Positions 13,196-24,577 of a stretch of 64,000 nucleotides of DNA are shown one piece after another. The translations under genes and the position numbers were made by a program. Source of the DNA: Cyanophora paradoxa CCMP329 (taxonomy: Eukaryota > Plantae > Glaucophyta); assembly GCA_004431415.1 (NCBI GenBank), contig QPMI01000409.1:372001-436000 (forward strand), given 5' to 3'. The stretch's first letter is position 1; each line of letters opens with the position of its first letter. Under the pieces are notes generated by a model. That model saw nothing but the letters and a program-made list of their open reading frames with translations, was not told the origin of the DNA and did no database searches.

Positions 13196-13283
13196 TTACG
13201 ATCAGAATCAGAGTTGCGATTACGATCGGAATCAGAGTTGCGATTACGATCGGAATCAGAGTTGCGATTACGATCGGAATCAG
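13196..13283 (+). repeat. 24-bp tandem array (cagagttgcgattacgatcggaat), about 3.6 units
   Basis: Visible directly; no spacers. Confidence 0.95.
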
Positions 13284-13290
13284 TCCCTGA

Positions 13291-13389
13291 ACCAGTCCCT
13301 GCGGGTTATGCTCTCACCCAAACAGCACGGGTACAGTTAAAGCGCTGTAGGTAGGAGGTCCGGCGCGCCCGTAGCGTAAAAAGAGCATT
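13291..13389 (+). ncRNA. Putative omega-RNA (Fanzor guide-RNA scaffold), copy 2
   Basis: Homologous to the sequence 3' of the TnpB/Fanzor stop. Nested complementarity: ATGCTCT(13308-14)/AGAGCAT(13383-89), ACGGG(13327-31)/CCCGT(13368-72), GCGCTG(13342-47)/CGGCGC(13361-66). Confidence 0.55.
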
Positions 13390-13421
13390 GAGTCTGTAAT
13401 GGAGTTCGCAGGAACCCTCTC

Positions 13422-13612
13422 CAGAGTTGCGATTACGATCGGAATCAGAGTTGCGATTACGATTGGAATCAGAGTTCAACGGTTGCGATTACGATCGGAA
13501 TCAGAGTTGCGATTACGATCGGAATCAGAGTTGCGATTACGATCGGAATCAGAGTTCAACGGTTGCGATTACGATCGGAATCAGAGTTGCGATTACGATC
13601 GGAATCAGAGTT
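13422..13612 (+). repeat. 24-bp tandem array, about 7 units; two units carry an 8-nt insertion 80 bp apart
   Basis: Same unit; variant gagttCAACGGTTgcg at 13477 and 13557. Confidence 0.95.
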
Positions 13613-13877
13613 ACTATGGGGGCGGAGGGGAGAGGCGATCGGATCGAGGGGGGAGGCGGAGGGGGGAGGCGGAGGGGGGGGAAGGGGGGGGGGGAGGGGG
13701 CTTCCAGGATAGGTTCCAGGTCGCTCACGCCGCCGGGCTCCGATCCCATCACAGCCCCGAGCCTCGCCGAGTCGGAGCTCTAGATGACCCCGCTGCGCAT
13801 GCACTCATGATCAGTGACTGTGCACCGTGGCAACCGTTGAACCGTTGTGCAGGCACCGTGCACCTGTAGCCTAGTAC

Positions 13878-14120
13878 TAGTAGCCAGTGTCCGCAGGCAG
13901 GCACATTACTCCCCGGAGGGAGGAACTTGGCAACGTTAACGTTAACGCAGCCGCGGCCTGCAGGGCCTGGCCATGGCCGGAGGGGCCCAGCTGGCCGGGC
14001 CAGGCGAGCTCAGTGGGCTCAGCGCTGGGCCCCGGCCGGGCCCACAGCCACGGCCGCTGCAGTGTACATCCCACATGTAGCCTGGACTGTCGGACGTTGC
14101 AATTTAGTCCGTGCCCAACT
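13878..14120 (+). repeat. Degenerate copy of the 3' half of the ~480-bp dispersed repeat
   Basis: tagccagtgtccgc...cattactc...gcagtgtacatcccacatgtagcctggac is colinear with 20479-20615. Confidence 0.6.
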
Positions 14121-14295
14121 GCTACAAAGAGCACCACACAATGAACGGGATGCGTGAGAGAGCACTCGACACAAACTAAAAAAACTAGGTGCTGTTGTAG
14201 GCCATGTTCGGAATCAAAGACGCTGTTGCACTCGTTGTATGGGCATTCGAAGGGAAACTCGTGCTTCGTGGGCACTAGTATGGGCATGTGACTCG

Positions 14296-15423
14296 TTAGT
14301 CTGTGAGTTTTCGTTTGAAAAACTCGAAGGAACCCATCGACAGACTGCCCCCAGGAGCAGCCTGCAAACAGCGGGCGCTGATGCCCTTTGCAAACGATTG
14401 AATCCCTTCCTCTCTCAGCATTCCGATCGCAATGCTCCACCAGCCACGATTGTTCTGAACTTGAAGACGTGTCTTGACCTGTACATGGACAATCAGCGAA
14501 ATTCCCTTTGAAAGAGAATCAAACAAAGCACCACATCCAGAGGGTTCGTTAAAGCTGCCGCCGCTGTTGATGCCACTGCAGCACATCCGAAAAACACAGT
14601 TGCAGGTGGCTGATCGCCCCACATTTTGATTGCGCCTCGCTTGAGATATTCATAGGAAGTGAAGTAGATGGCGGTTTGAGGCCCGAAGCTGCTTAGACAA
14701 GCCAAGTATCCACGAAACAGGCCACGGAAGCCGTTTTGCTCCACGATCGCTTGTAAAGTTGTCGAAGCTTTGTAGTACTCCGGGCCAGCCCGCACCTGCA
14801 TCCCTACAATACTTGAGTACTACATGAGCACCGACAACAACACTTACGCTGTTTGGACACATCCATGGGTACCCAAAGCACTCCAGAGACCACCTCTGCG
14901 CACAAGCCGCTGTGATCGCGGGGTAAGTGAACGCGCTGTGATAAGTGAACCAGAGACCACCTCGCAAGGTACGTGAAAGCGTTGTGATCTGCGTCTTCCC
15001 CAAGGTGCTTCTTCGCCAACTCGTACGTGCCGAAGAAAGTCGCCTGCGTCAGTCAGCACTAAACCGTTTCTCGGAAGCATCATGCATACCGATGCAAAAG
15101 GCGTAAAGCCGAGGGCAAGGGAATACCCCCGATAAAGCCCCACAAGGCCTTCAGCTCGAATCAAATTACGGGCAAGCTCCCGGAGAGCAATCTTTTCGCG
15201 CTGCACTTGCATGCAGGCACGCAAGGTGTCGAAAGGGTGTATGAACGAGCGTGATACGACGCCTGCGGCCCCCGCCGACACGAGGACGGCCGGGGAAAAA
15301 CCGGCTCTCGATTTCGACGAGCTCGCCTCCACTGCAGCCGGGCTGCGGAGGCGTCAGGTGTAAAGCATGCATGCCAGCGCTGTATCGGCGGTTCTGGCGC
15401 CGGGATGGCAGCGCGCGACCCAT
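14296..15423 (-). CDS. Mitochondrial carrier family (SLC25) protein
   Basis: Three PxDxx[K/R] signatures: HPFDTLRACMQ, VPMDVSKQRMQ, NPLDVVKTRLQ; also EGLVGLYRG and NGFRGLFRG. Start codon is tentative. Confidence 0.93.
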
Positions 15424-15622
15424 GCGATTGAAGATGGGCGGCGCCTCGCGTGTGGTGTCACGACGAGTATGGTGCGGCGGCGCGTACGGTGCGGCGGCGA
15501 CTAGTAGCTAAGACCGCGAGCGCGAAACGGTGGCGGCGGCCGCAAACGCACCCTGGCGCGCCGGACGTGGATTCCCGCGGGGGCCCGCTCATTGCGAGGG
15601 AATTGTGCGTGGAGCGGCAGCA

Positions 15623-16755
15623 ATGACAGGACAGCGAAGACAGGACTCTCAAACTGTCGGACTCTGTCACTGTGAGCTTTGGGGGGTACGCCAAAGTTAA
15701 CAAGAACTGGCGATGCCGCTTCTCGCATCGCAGCCGCTGGCGGTGCCCAGCCGGTTTCTTGCTGAGCAGGGCCCGCTCGGTGAGCTGCATGGAACGATCC
15801 GCCGGGCCTTGCTTCGGCCTCGCTGACTGGCTCGCAGTCGCCCTGCAGCTAGGCGAGCCACTATGGGCGCTCGGAAAGATGCGCGACGTGTTTACCTTGT
15901 GCGCCGAAATCTCCATCATCGTCGACGCTCAGCAGGTCAGCGCCGCGGCCCTCAGCGGGTGCACGAGCTGTGCGTCTCACTGCGCGGTCATTCAGACTCA
16001 GAACAAGCATTCACTGGAGGCGCAAAAGAGGGAGCTGTACGAGAAGCTTGCTAAGATAGTGCTCCGGCGAACACCGCATGCTCCCCTCATTGTGCGCCTT
16101 CCGCTGCCCACATCACCTCTCGAATAGGGTGACACTCCTCCCATTCATACGTCCGTCGCAGCGCGCGCTGGATGACCTCGGGCTGTCGTCATGGTTCCCG
16201 AGCATCATCGCTGACCTCACAGGGACGCCGCGTGCCGCGTCGGCTGACAGCCCGCTCCCGCTCAAGGACTACCTCCAGCACTTAGGCGTCCTAAACCAAA
16301 CTATCGTCATGGCGTCCCAGTTGCGTGAGGACATGCACCTGTCCAACCACAAATACATCGCACATCAAATCGCTCTTCTTTACGTGCGAATTTGCAGGCG
16401 CTGTTCGTGTAGAGTCCGTTAAGTTCCGAGGGACTGATGCTCTTGAACAGCAATGCCTCAACGGCATAAGGACAGGTGTCGAGACGTTCAAGAAGAGGAT
16501 TGAGTCCCGTTTCGAGGAGATCAAAGCTGTAACCGAGCAGTCCCAGTGCCCTCAGCTCTCCGAATCACAGAAGCAGTGGTATGTTATGCCAAAAATACTT
16601 CGCTGTTTCCGAATTCTGAAATCTCTCTCAGGCTCCTGGATCTCTGTGCAGACGTTATCGTCGCAGCAAACAAACTTCCATCGGGTATGCTCAAGAAGGT
16701 GGAGCCGAACATCGTCCCAATATCTGAGCTCGACAAAGCGAACAAGCTGTTGTAA
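15623..16755 (+). CDS. Conserved hypothetical protein, multi-exon
   Basis: Coherent spliced helical protein including NHKYIAHQIALLY|QCLN and FKKRIESRFEEIK; TAA at 16755. Start uncertain. Confidence 0.6.
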
Positions 16756-17140
16756 ATTCGTGCATGAAACTGCGGGTTACGCTTTTGATTCCTGCGGGCC
16801 ACGGGCAATTTTTACTCTCCGAGTTTCCCCGCTGCCCCAATTGCAACCACTACCGCCTTTTTTGCCGTTAGTAGCGGTCTGCTGCGGTCATAGCAAGCGC
16901 TAGCGCTAGCTCAGCGGTTATGAATTAGCTGCATCTGTGATCTACGCGTACGACTGGGCACACTTAAGAGAGTACATATATACGTGTACGGCCCTCGCCG
17001 GCCGTTGCTGGTCCGGCCGTCCAGCGAAATTAAAGAGCGATCCCAGCCCCCCTCCAGGCCTTGCAAGGTGCACCGTGTAGTGCACCGCGGCCGCTGCGAG
17101 GTTTTACGTGCGCACTGGTACTTTAGAAGAGAGCCAAAAC

Positions 17141-18689
17141 GTGGATCGCCCTCCGGCGCCGTATGCTGTCCTGCGCGGCCACGTCAGCGATGTGACCTCC
17201 GTCTCCTTCGACCCTGCATCCTCGCAGAACCTCGTGTCCGGGTGCGCGCGCCCAAGGCGTGCGCTCCGGGCGTCGGATCTGAGTTGTGATGCAGTTCTTC
17301 GGACGGGACCCTGCGCCTGTGGAACCTCGCAGTGCGCCGCACGGCCGCCACAGCTTCGCTTCCGGCGGGATCGCGTGTTTTGAGCACCGCATACGTGGCG
17401 CCGGGCTCATTTGTCAGGCGCCCTACCGCGGCACGCATTATTTACGCGCGTTTGCTGAGCGCCGGCGGCGCAGCCAGGAGAACGATGGCACGCTTCGCTG
17501 TTGGAGTGCGGATTCGTCGGCCCTCGTTGAGCGAGACCAGCTGCCTCTCCATCCATGCGAGCATACTTTCTGTCGTATCGCAGTGCTCGCAAACGGTACG
17601 CTGAGCGCGCAGCTTGCACTTGCTATTGCTCATCACAACAACGCAGGTCACAACTCCTTCATCGCAGCACCCGCGCAAGAAAAGAATAAGGTAGGGCAAA
17701 AGCAAAATTTGCAGATCCGAAAGTCCGAAAGTAGAAGCAGATCGTCGTGTACGACATGAATCGGGGAACATTGGTCCAGTCATTCACCCTGCAGCCAAGC
17801 TGTGGTGTGCGGATGTAAAATTTTGCTGCAGGTCAGAGCCATCTATTGACCACTGGGTCTTCAGGAATGGCGATGGCGCTCGCTCTTGCTTGCAAGCCAG
17901 GGACCGCCGAACCTCTTTGTTTCATTGGATCAGAGGACGGGACTGTTCGTGCTTGGGACTTCGTTCGAAATGTGTGCGTGTCTTCCTCTCCAATCGCCGA
18001 AGGAAGCACAGAGCCAGGTCTGAAAACGTTCTTTATTGTCAGTCTACATGCTCTCTGTATGTAGAACACAGCTTGTCGTGTTCCAGTTCTGGCTTTATCT
18101 GCGGGCGTGTGTGGAAATGGCATCCAAATCCTTGCAGGAGGGCCAACGGACCAGCTTTCCGTCCTCCTTTCTGACGATAGAGTAAGTTGTGCAGTACCTC
18201 GTTTTTTCGAATTATCTTTCTGATGCCAGAGTAGGAATCTCTTGTTGTGAAGAAGCAGATGAAGCTACCAAGATCTGGGGTTTCAGAGATTGCTACTCGA
18301 TCTGATCTGGCAATCGTGGCTTGTGCAGGCTGGGACTCGAGGTAATCCATTTTTTGATACATCAAAGAACTTTTGGCCCTTCTCTTAGACTCGAATATCT
18401 TCGTCGATGTCTGCCAGAGTGAGGATTTTCAGCTGGAAATCCACCCGACCACTCGCAGTGCTTGCTGGCCATGTGGATGCTATCAACACTGCTGCATTTT
18501 CTTCCGATGGCAGCGTTCTTGCTTCCGGATCAAAGGATCACAAAATTGCACTCTGGTAAGAGGCAACTCACTCTGTTTCTCGATCGTAGTCGATTGATGC
18601 CTCTTTTTATGTTCTCGGTCAGGTCCATATTCCAGGAACCACCCATTTTTGCTTCAACAACTGCTCTTAGCAAAACGGTGGTGCAATAG
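17141..18689 (+). CDS. GNB1L: WD40 protein, ASA1/GNB1L (plant DSE1) family; apparent GTG start
   Basis: RPPAPYAVLRGHVSDVTSVSF, GMAMAL, IGSEDGTVRAWD, GVSEIATRSD..IVACAGWDSRVRIFSWK..PLAVLAGH, LASGSKDHKIALW. Confidence 0.85.
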
Positions 18690-18878
18690 CTCGCCACGAA
18701 TAGCTAGTTTAAGCGCCAAATTGTGTGGAATGGTTTCAATAGCTATCCGATTGCCAGCTCTCCCCTCACCCCACGCTACGAATCCACCAGTGCTTGCAAA
18801 GAGCAAAAGCCAGCGTGATGCCATTGAAGACAAGAGTGTCCGGGACAATGTGGACTGCAGAGACGCATAGCGTGGTCT

Positions 18879-19340
18879 CTACTCGCTCTCCTCGCTGCGG
18901 AGGCGCGCGTTGCCATTGGTGAGGGCAACGCCGAGCTGGGCCGCGCGCTCGACGATCGCCTTGCGCTGACGAGTGGAAACGTTGCTGGCGATCTCGCCAA
19001 CGAACTTCCGGTTGTGCATGAGCAGGAGCTCGACGTCCTTCAGGTTGTTCAGCGCGAACTTGTAGAGGCCGTTCGGGAGCATGTGGCGGGTCTTCTTGTT
19101 CGAGCCATAGCCGATGTTGGGCATCAACAGCTGGCCCTTGAACTTCCGGCGCACGCGGCTGTCAATACCCTTCGGGCGGCGCCAGCTCGGCTGCGATCGA
19201 GAGCGTCAGCGATTCGCGAAGCGCTGTCACACAAGCTGCTCGAAGCTAACCTTGACGGTTGCCCGGCGGTCCGACTGGTGGCGGACGAACTTCTTCGACC
19301 GCTTCTTCACGATCGGGCGCTTAACCACCGGCGAAACCAT
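18879..19340 (-). CDS. RPL32: 60S ribosomal protein L32 (eL32)
   Basis: [25 protein letters not shown]...[37 protein letters not shown]...NARLRSEE; one coding intron and one 5' UTR intron. Confidence 0.98.
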
Positions 19341-20017
19341 CTGCGGGGAGGCCGGGGACCGTCAGGAACGCTTCAACCTGACTAGAGCACGCTGCGGCAC
19401 GCTCGTGCCGGCCGCTGGGAGCGCGTGCCCGCACCTTGTCCCGGTTTGCTGGCTTTACCCCCAACAGGACGGGGGGGGGGGGGGGGGAGCAGAAGAGTTG
19501 CAATTGGACCGCACCTTTCGCCGAGTCGAGTCTGTGACTGTCGAGGTACGCGTCTATAGCTAGCTCGAGTCTAGATCTAGATATCGATATCGATCTGGTG
19601 CATCCGACGGTTCGAATTCGAAAGCTCGTCACAATCGATAATATATTTGAGGCCACTGGCGCCTTGCAATTGCAAGTATTACCACGCCACGGCATAGCGC
19701 GGCGGCTTTGAATGCATATAGACTAGGCTACAGTATATTAGCTGGCCTGGGGTAGACCTAGGCCTAGGGTAGACAGAAAACGATGTTTTTTGTGTACCAG
19801 GGGCTCTGTCCCCTAATAAACTACGGAGAACTCAAAAAAAAGCTTTGAATGCATATCTAGATCTAGAATCGTAATCAGATCCGACCACTAGCGCTAGCGT
19901 CGAAATCGAAATCAAAGCCCAACCCCAAATCTGAGGCCGAGGTAGTTTACAGGATCGGGCATAGCGTTGTTGTGATGAGCAATAGCAAAGTGCAAGCTGC
20001 GCGCTCAGCGATTAGCC

Positions 20018-20240
20018 TTGTAGGACGTCTTCGATCTGCGATTACGATTAGGGCGCCTTTGATCTGCAGCTGCGATTACGGTTAGCTAGGGCGTCCTTGA
20101 TCTGCGATTACGATTACGATTAGGACGTCCTAGCTTTGATCTGCGATTACGATCGTAATTAGGACGTCTTAGCTTATAATTAAAGCTTTGATCTGCGATT
20201 ACGATTATCGATTAGCTAGGGCGTCCTTGATCTGCGATTA
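20018..20240 (+). repeat. Degenerate tandem array, core gatctgcgattacgattagggcgtcctt, related to the 24-bp unit
   Basis: About 6 imperfect units sharing tgcgattacgat. Confidence 0.8.
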
Positions 20241-20641
20241 CGGAACTAGAAAGTTGGACGAAAGTTGCATATGCAATTGGAAGAAAGTTGGAAGAAAGTT
20301 GGACGCAATTGGAACGAAATTTGAAGTTGGACGAAAGTTGGACGAAAGCAGTTGCGTACCCCTGCACGCTAACAACAGACCAGCGCTACAGCTAGCTCCC
20401 GCCCCTAGACGACCCCCCGCCGCCACAAGACGCGATGCAGCACCACGCCGCGCATGCAGGCACATGTAGCTATTTAGCTAGCCAGAGTGTCCGCGGGGAG
20501 GCGCATTACTCTCCTTAGGGGGCCACGCAGGGCCCGGCCGGCCAGTTTGCTGGTGGGCTGGGCCCGCGGCCGCGGCGGCCGCAGTGTACATTCCCACACT
20601 TGTAGCCCGGACCTGCGTTTTGAGTACGTGTCCAAATGCGA
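20158..20641 (+). mobile_element. ~480-bp dispersed repeat (non-autonomous element fragment), copy 1
   Basis: Near-identical to 26604-27101; contains an internal gaaagttggac mini-array (20249-20347). Confidence 0.85.
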
Positions 20642-22733
20642 ACCCCATCCAACGAAATTGACGAAGTCCCAACCCGCCCAACTCCTTCCAACCAGATCGC
20701 GATCGACATCGATATCGCATGCGCAGTTCAGCCCCTTCAACTTCGTCATCAGAGAATGCAGGTAGATGGCTAGCTATGGAGGTGGATGAAAGTCCCCTAG
20801 CTCTGGATAACAAGGATCCCATTACCAGGACATGTCCAGCGACGCTGTCTTCACGTCCATTACGCGACCCTCTACGGAGAGGAAGCTGTTGGTCTGCCAC
20901 CAGCTTGAGACCTGGAAGATGAGCGTGAGATTCAAAGTGTCCGCCGCAAGGGCACACATCAGCCGCACATCCAAGATGGTCGGGAGTGCCCTCCTTGCAT
21001 TCCGCACCCCTGCATCATCAAAGAGGCGGGATATAAATTGTTGAGCTTGCTGTGGTCCCACAACTCCAACAGCAGTGGGGAATCGAAGAATTCTGTGGCC
21101 CCCATTCTGAAACACGCTTCTCTCTCGCATCACACGGCTGTCAGAATGTAAGTGCACACTGACGGTGCAGATAGTTCAAAGAGCACCAGGGAGTCCACTT
21201 CGTGCCAGGTTCGTTTACCTGGTAAAATGAGCTGTCAGACTGAGAATCACAATTTGTGGGTGGGGCGCACAAAGAACAGATCGTGACGAGTCACCGAGAA
21301 CGTGACTTTGTGGAATGACAGGCAATGTTCAAAGAGATTCTACAGAAAGTCAAGAGTAGAGCACGTGGTCCGCACATGGCCTTTTTGCACCCGAATACTT
21401 GCAGCAGTGAAGTCATAGCAAGAGTCCAGGCGCAACGACCGCAACTTCCCAAACTCTGTTCGCAGTGAGCAAGGGCAGCAACATTTACACATTGTGAAAG
21501 CATAATGCACCTGCCAAAATATCCAGCACTGCATCATTCACATACCGGTGAAAGCTAACCTCCTCCAGATTTTTACCCCTCTTAGCAATGCTGGAACAAA
21601 TGGTAAGCATTTGGAGTCTGCGTGCTGCGGCGAAATTAGGGTGAAACCGAAACAACCTTTTCATCGCCTCGTAAGCTGCAAGCAAAGAGGGGTAAGGGAG
21701 CGAGAGGGGGACGGGAGGGGAAGGGGTGGGCGGGGAGGGGAGGGGAGCGTGTGTGGGGAGGGGGGGAAGGAGAAGGGGGGATGGGGGGGTATCAAGTGTG
21801 TTCATAGGCTCACCAATCTGCTCGGCCTCAGGTCCGACCCCCAGAACATCGAGATCAAGCTTCTTCAACCGCTTCGTCAGCTTCGCTAGTCTTTCAGCCT
21901 GCAGCAGATTGATAGGGGCAATGGAGATAGAGCCAAATGAGCGATCACCTTGGCGCTCGAGAAGTATACCTTAATCCGAAGCGTTCCAAGCTGCTTGCAT
22001 GTGCGAGTCAAGCTGTACAGGAGAGCCTCCGTGTTCAGTGCTGGGACTTGCGAAAGATCTGCTGACACTAAATGGCGCAATTTGTTGCCTGGAAATGTGA
22101 GCCCTCTCGGATGGCCCGGCTGCAGGTGGAACAGCTCCATGCTTGCGGACGACACAATTACCCTGCAAAGCTGATTAAGCGTTCAGGCGACCACTTGGAC
22201 GCAGAGATCGAGAAGCTTGCCGTCCCCAGGGCCATCGTAGTCTGATTGTCTCGTGCCAGTCTTTGCATACCAGCGAAGCTGCTGTCGACTGAGCGGCACG
22301 CAAATGAAGACAAAGGAGAGGAAAAAGCGTCGTGCACCGAGCTTGCGCGTGTCCTTGTCGACGTATGCGAAGATCTGAGGGTGCGTGTCATAAGGCACAC
22401 ATTGGCCCGGCGGCAGGCCGCGCCTTCGTTAGAATGGCTCTGTCAATCGACGTCACGATTCGCTCCAGTCGATCCGACGCGTCCTCTGAAGCGCTCGTCG
22501 CAGCTGAGACAGACTTCTGGTCCGCTTCGAGCTTCCAGCAACGTACGGGATCCATGCACCTGTGCGAATGCTCGCCCGCATTCCTGTTCATCGCTCAGCT
22601 TCGGGCGGGCCTTTGCTGGCGGAGCGATTGAGGCAACGCGCCTCTCGGGGCGCTCGCAGCCTCCTGTCAGGCTAAGGATGAAGTCCCTGAGCACCCATCC
22701 CAGCGCAAGGCCAAGCACCACATGCGGATGCAT
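20642..22733 (-). CDS. F-box protein with LRR/RNI-like C-terminal region; the 3' end runs into the repeat
   Basis: F-box-like PYDTHPQIFAYVDKDTRK...ASLVCKDWHE; downstream LRR-like segments LRHLVSADLSQV, TCKQLGTLRI, LKKLDLDV and KNLEEVSF. Both ends uncertain. Confidence 0.65.
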
Positions 22734-22955
22734 GACGGCGGAGGCACGCCGCGGCAGCGGCAGGTCGTCGGCACGGACGAGCGGGATTGGTTGCCAGCGT
22801 AGCGTGCGAAAGGAGCTAACGGCTTCTACGTGTTGTTTACGTAACAAACGCCCTCCCACGCGCGCTGGTCGAGGCGGGCGAAGGGGGCCCAAGAGCTAAG
22901 CCGGGGGGTACATTCGCAAACGGCACAACAGCCTCGCCCGAGCACCGTAGCGCAA

Positions 22956-24128
22956 ATGTCAGCTCCTAAGCGCGCCAAAGTTGAGGAGGATACTGCGGTT
23001 CGTTATCCCTTGGCCCGAGCTTCGTCCTGTTTCCGCGGTCGCCGAGCTTTTCCGTCTGCTTCCCCGCCGCTGACATGGCGCCTGCGCCGCAGGATGTCCC
23101 GTATGAGCAGCTCGAGAGCGTGCAGGAAAAGATCGAGAAGGTCCGCGCTCCAAGGGCTGGCTCGCGTACATCGGCTGAAGTTCCGCGTTGGCCTCGCAGA
23201 TCAACGAGGAAGCGTCAGAAGAGGTGCTCGCGATCGAAAAGAAGTTCAATGTGAAGAGGCGTCCGCTGTACAAGGAAAGGAGTGCGCTTCTCGCGAAGGT
23301 GCTGCCCTCGCTCGCGTGAAGATGCGCATCGCTCAGTCCCCCCAGATCCCGAACTTCTGGCTCACAATTTTCACGAACCACGAAGTGTTAAGCGAGAACA
23401 TCACGGACGCCGACTGCGATGTGCTCAAGTACCTGAAGGTCAACCCCAAGCTCGTTAGTTCTCGCCGCATCTGATTCCCGCGCAGGAGATAGACATTGAG
23501 GACAACGAAGATCTGAAGTCAGGCTACAAGATTTCTCTATACTTGTGCGTCGCGGCCGCCCAGCTGAGTCGTTTTGCTCGCGCTGACCTTGACAAAGCGA
23601 CGAGAACCCATACTTCAGCAACAAGGTTCTCACAAAGGAGTACAAGTACGCTCCCGATGGCGAGCTTGATGTGCGCCCCACCGCGATCAACTGGAAGGCC
23701 GGCCATGTGAGCTTTGAACGACCTTTTCGCTCCTTATGGTCCTTCTCGCCATTCACGCGCCCACCCCTCGGCCACGTAGTCTGTGGATTCTCTTTCGCAG
23801 GAAGTAGATGTGGAAGCGGAAGATGACGAGGAGAACGATGAGGCGGAGGCAGGTGACAAGCGGAAGCGGGAGGTCAAGGAATCCTTTTTCGGCTGGTTCA
23901 GCCCGGGTTCGTTTCAAAAGCGTGTCACGGTTTCGAGCTCGTCCTCACGGAAGCTCTCTGCGTGCAGATTCTCCGGACACGGATCTCGCGGAGATCCTGA
24001 AGGAGGACATTTGGCCCAACCCATTGCGCGTGTACATGATGGACGGTGCCGACGACGACGACGACGAGGGAGGCGATGGCGACGAGGGTGGCGACGAGGA
24101 GGGTGGCGGCAGCGAGGAGGACCAGTGA
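22956..24128 (+). CDS. Nucleosome assembly protein, SET/TAF-I/NRP subfamily
   Basis: INEEASEEVLAIEKKFNVKRRPLYKER, IPNFWLTIFTNH, ENPYFSNKVLTKEY, SFFGWFS, AEILKEDIWPNPL and an acidic tail. Confidence 0.95.
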
Positions 24129-24271
24129 TAGCGATCAATTGCTGCACAGCAGCTCGAGCGCAAATTCGAACCATTGTTTAGATTCTTTTGTAATTGAACG
24201 ACCTACTCCGCTTGAAACTCAACGTTTCCGCCAGGGTTGGCCCAGCGGCCGCGAAGTTGAGGACGGCTTGG

Positions 24272-24440
24272 CTCCGCCGCTGTACCCAGGCAGCGGTCCA
24301 AACTTCTCCAAAGTTAACGTTACTCCAATTGCAAACGCGCCCAACGCGCAGCCGAGCCATCGCAGCGCTAGCGCATAGGCGTGCGGCGCGCTCGAATCCA
24401 CCGCACGTGTATTCGAAATCACGACCACAGCGCATCGGCC
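24272..24440 (+). repeat. Dispersed repeat with a tgtacccaggca motif and a cgtgcgg...ccgcacg hairpin, copy A
   Basis: Colinear with 27121-27265; partial copy at 26443-26527. Confidence 0.7.
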
Positions 24441-24577
24441 GTACGTCCGTAGTGTGACCCCCCGCATACGTGTAGTGTTACCCCCAGCTTTCCGGCCGCG
24501 GTGATCCCCTGCACAACATGCTCTCTCCGAGCTGCTAGCAAAAGAGCTGCCGGCGTCCAGCCGCTGGAGCTGCAGGC

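Larger units (their letters stand above)
13111..13389 (+). mobile_element. Non-autonomous, ORF-less derivative of the Fanzor/TnpB-associated element
   Basis: Left ~120 bp are nearly identical to 44532-44656. A 24-bp array follows, then a right end (13291-13389) homologous to 45058-45159. Confidence 0.8.

Noticed and set aside
13196-13612. CRISPR array
   Set aside because: The 24-bp units are head-to-tail with no unique spacers, there are no cas genes, and the context is eukaryotic.
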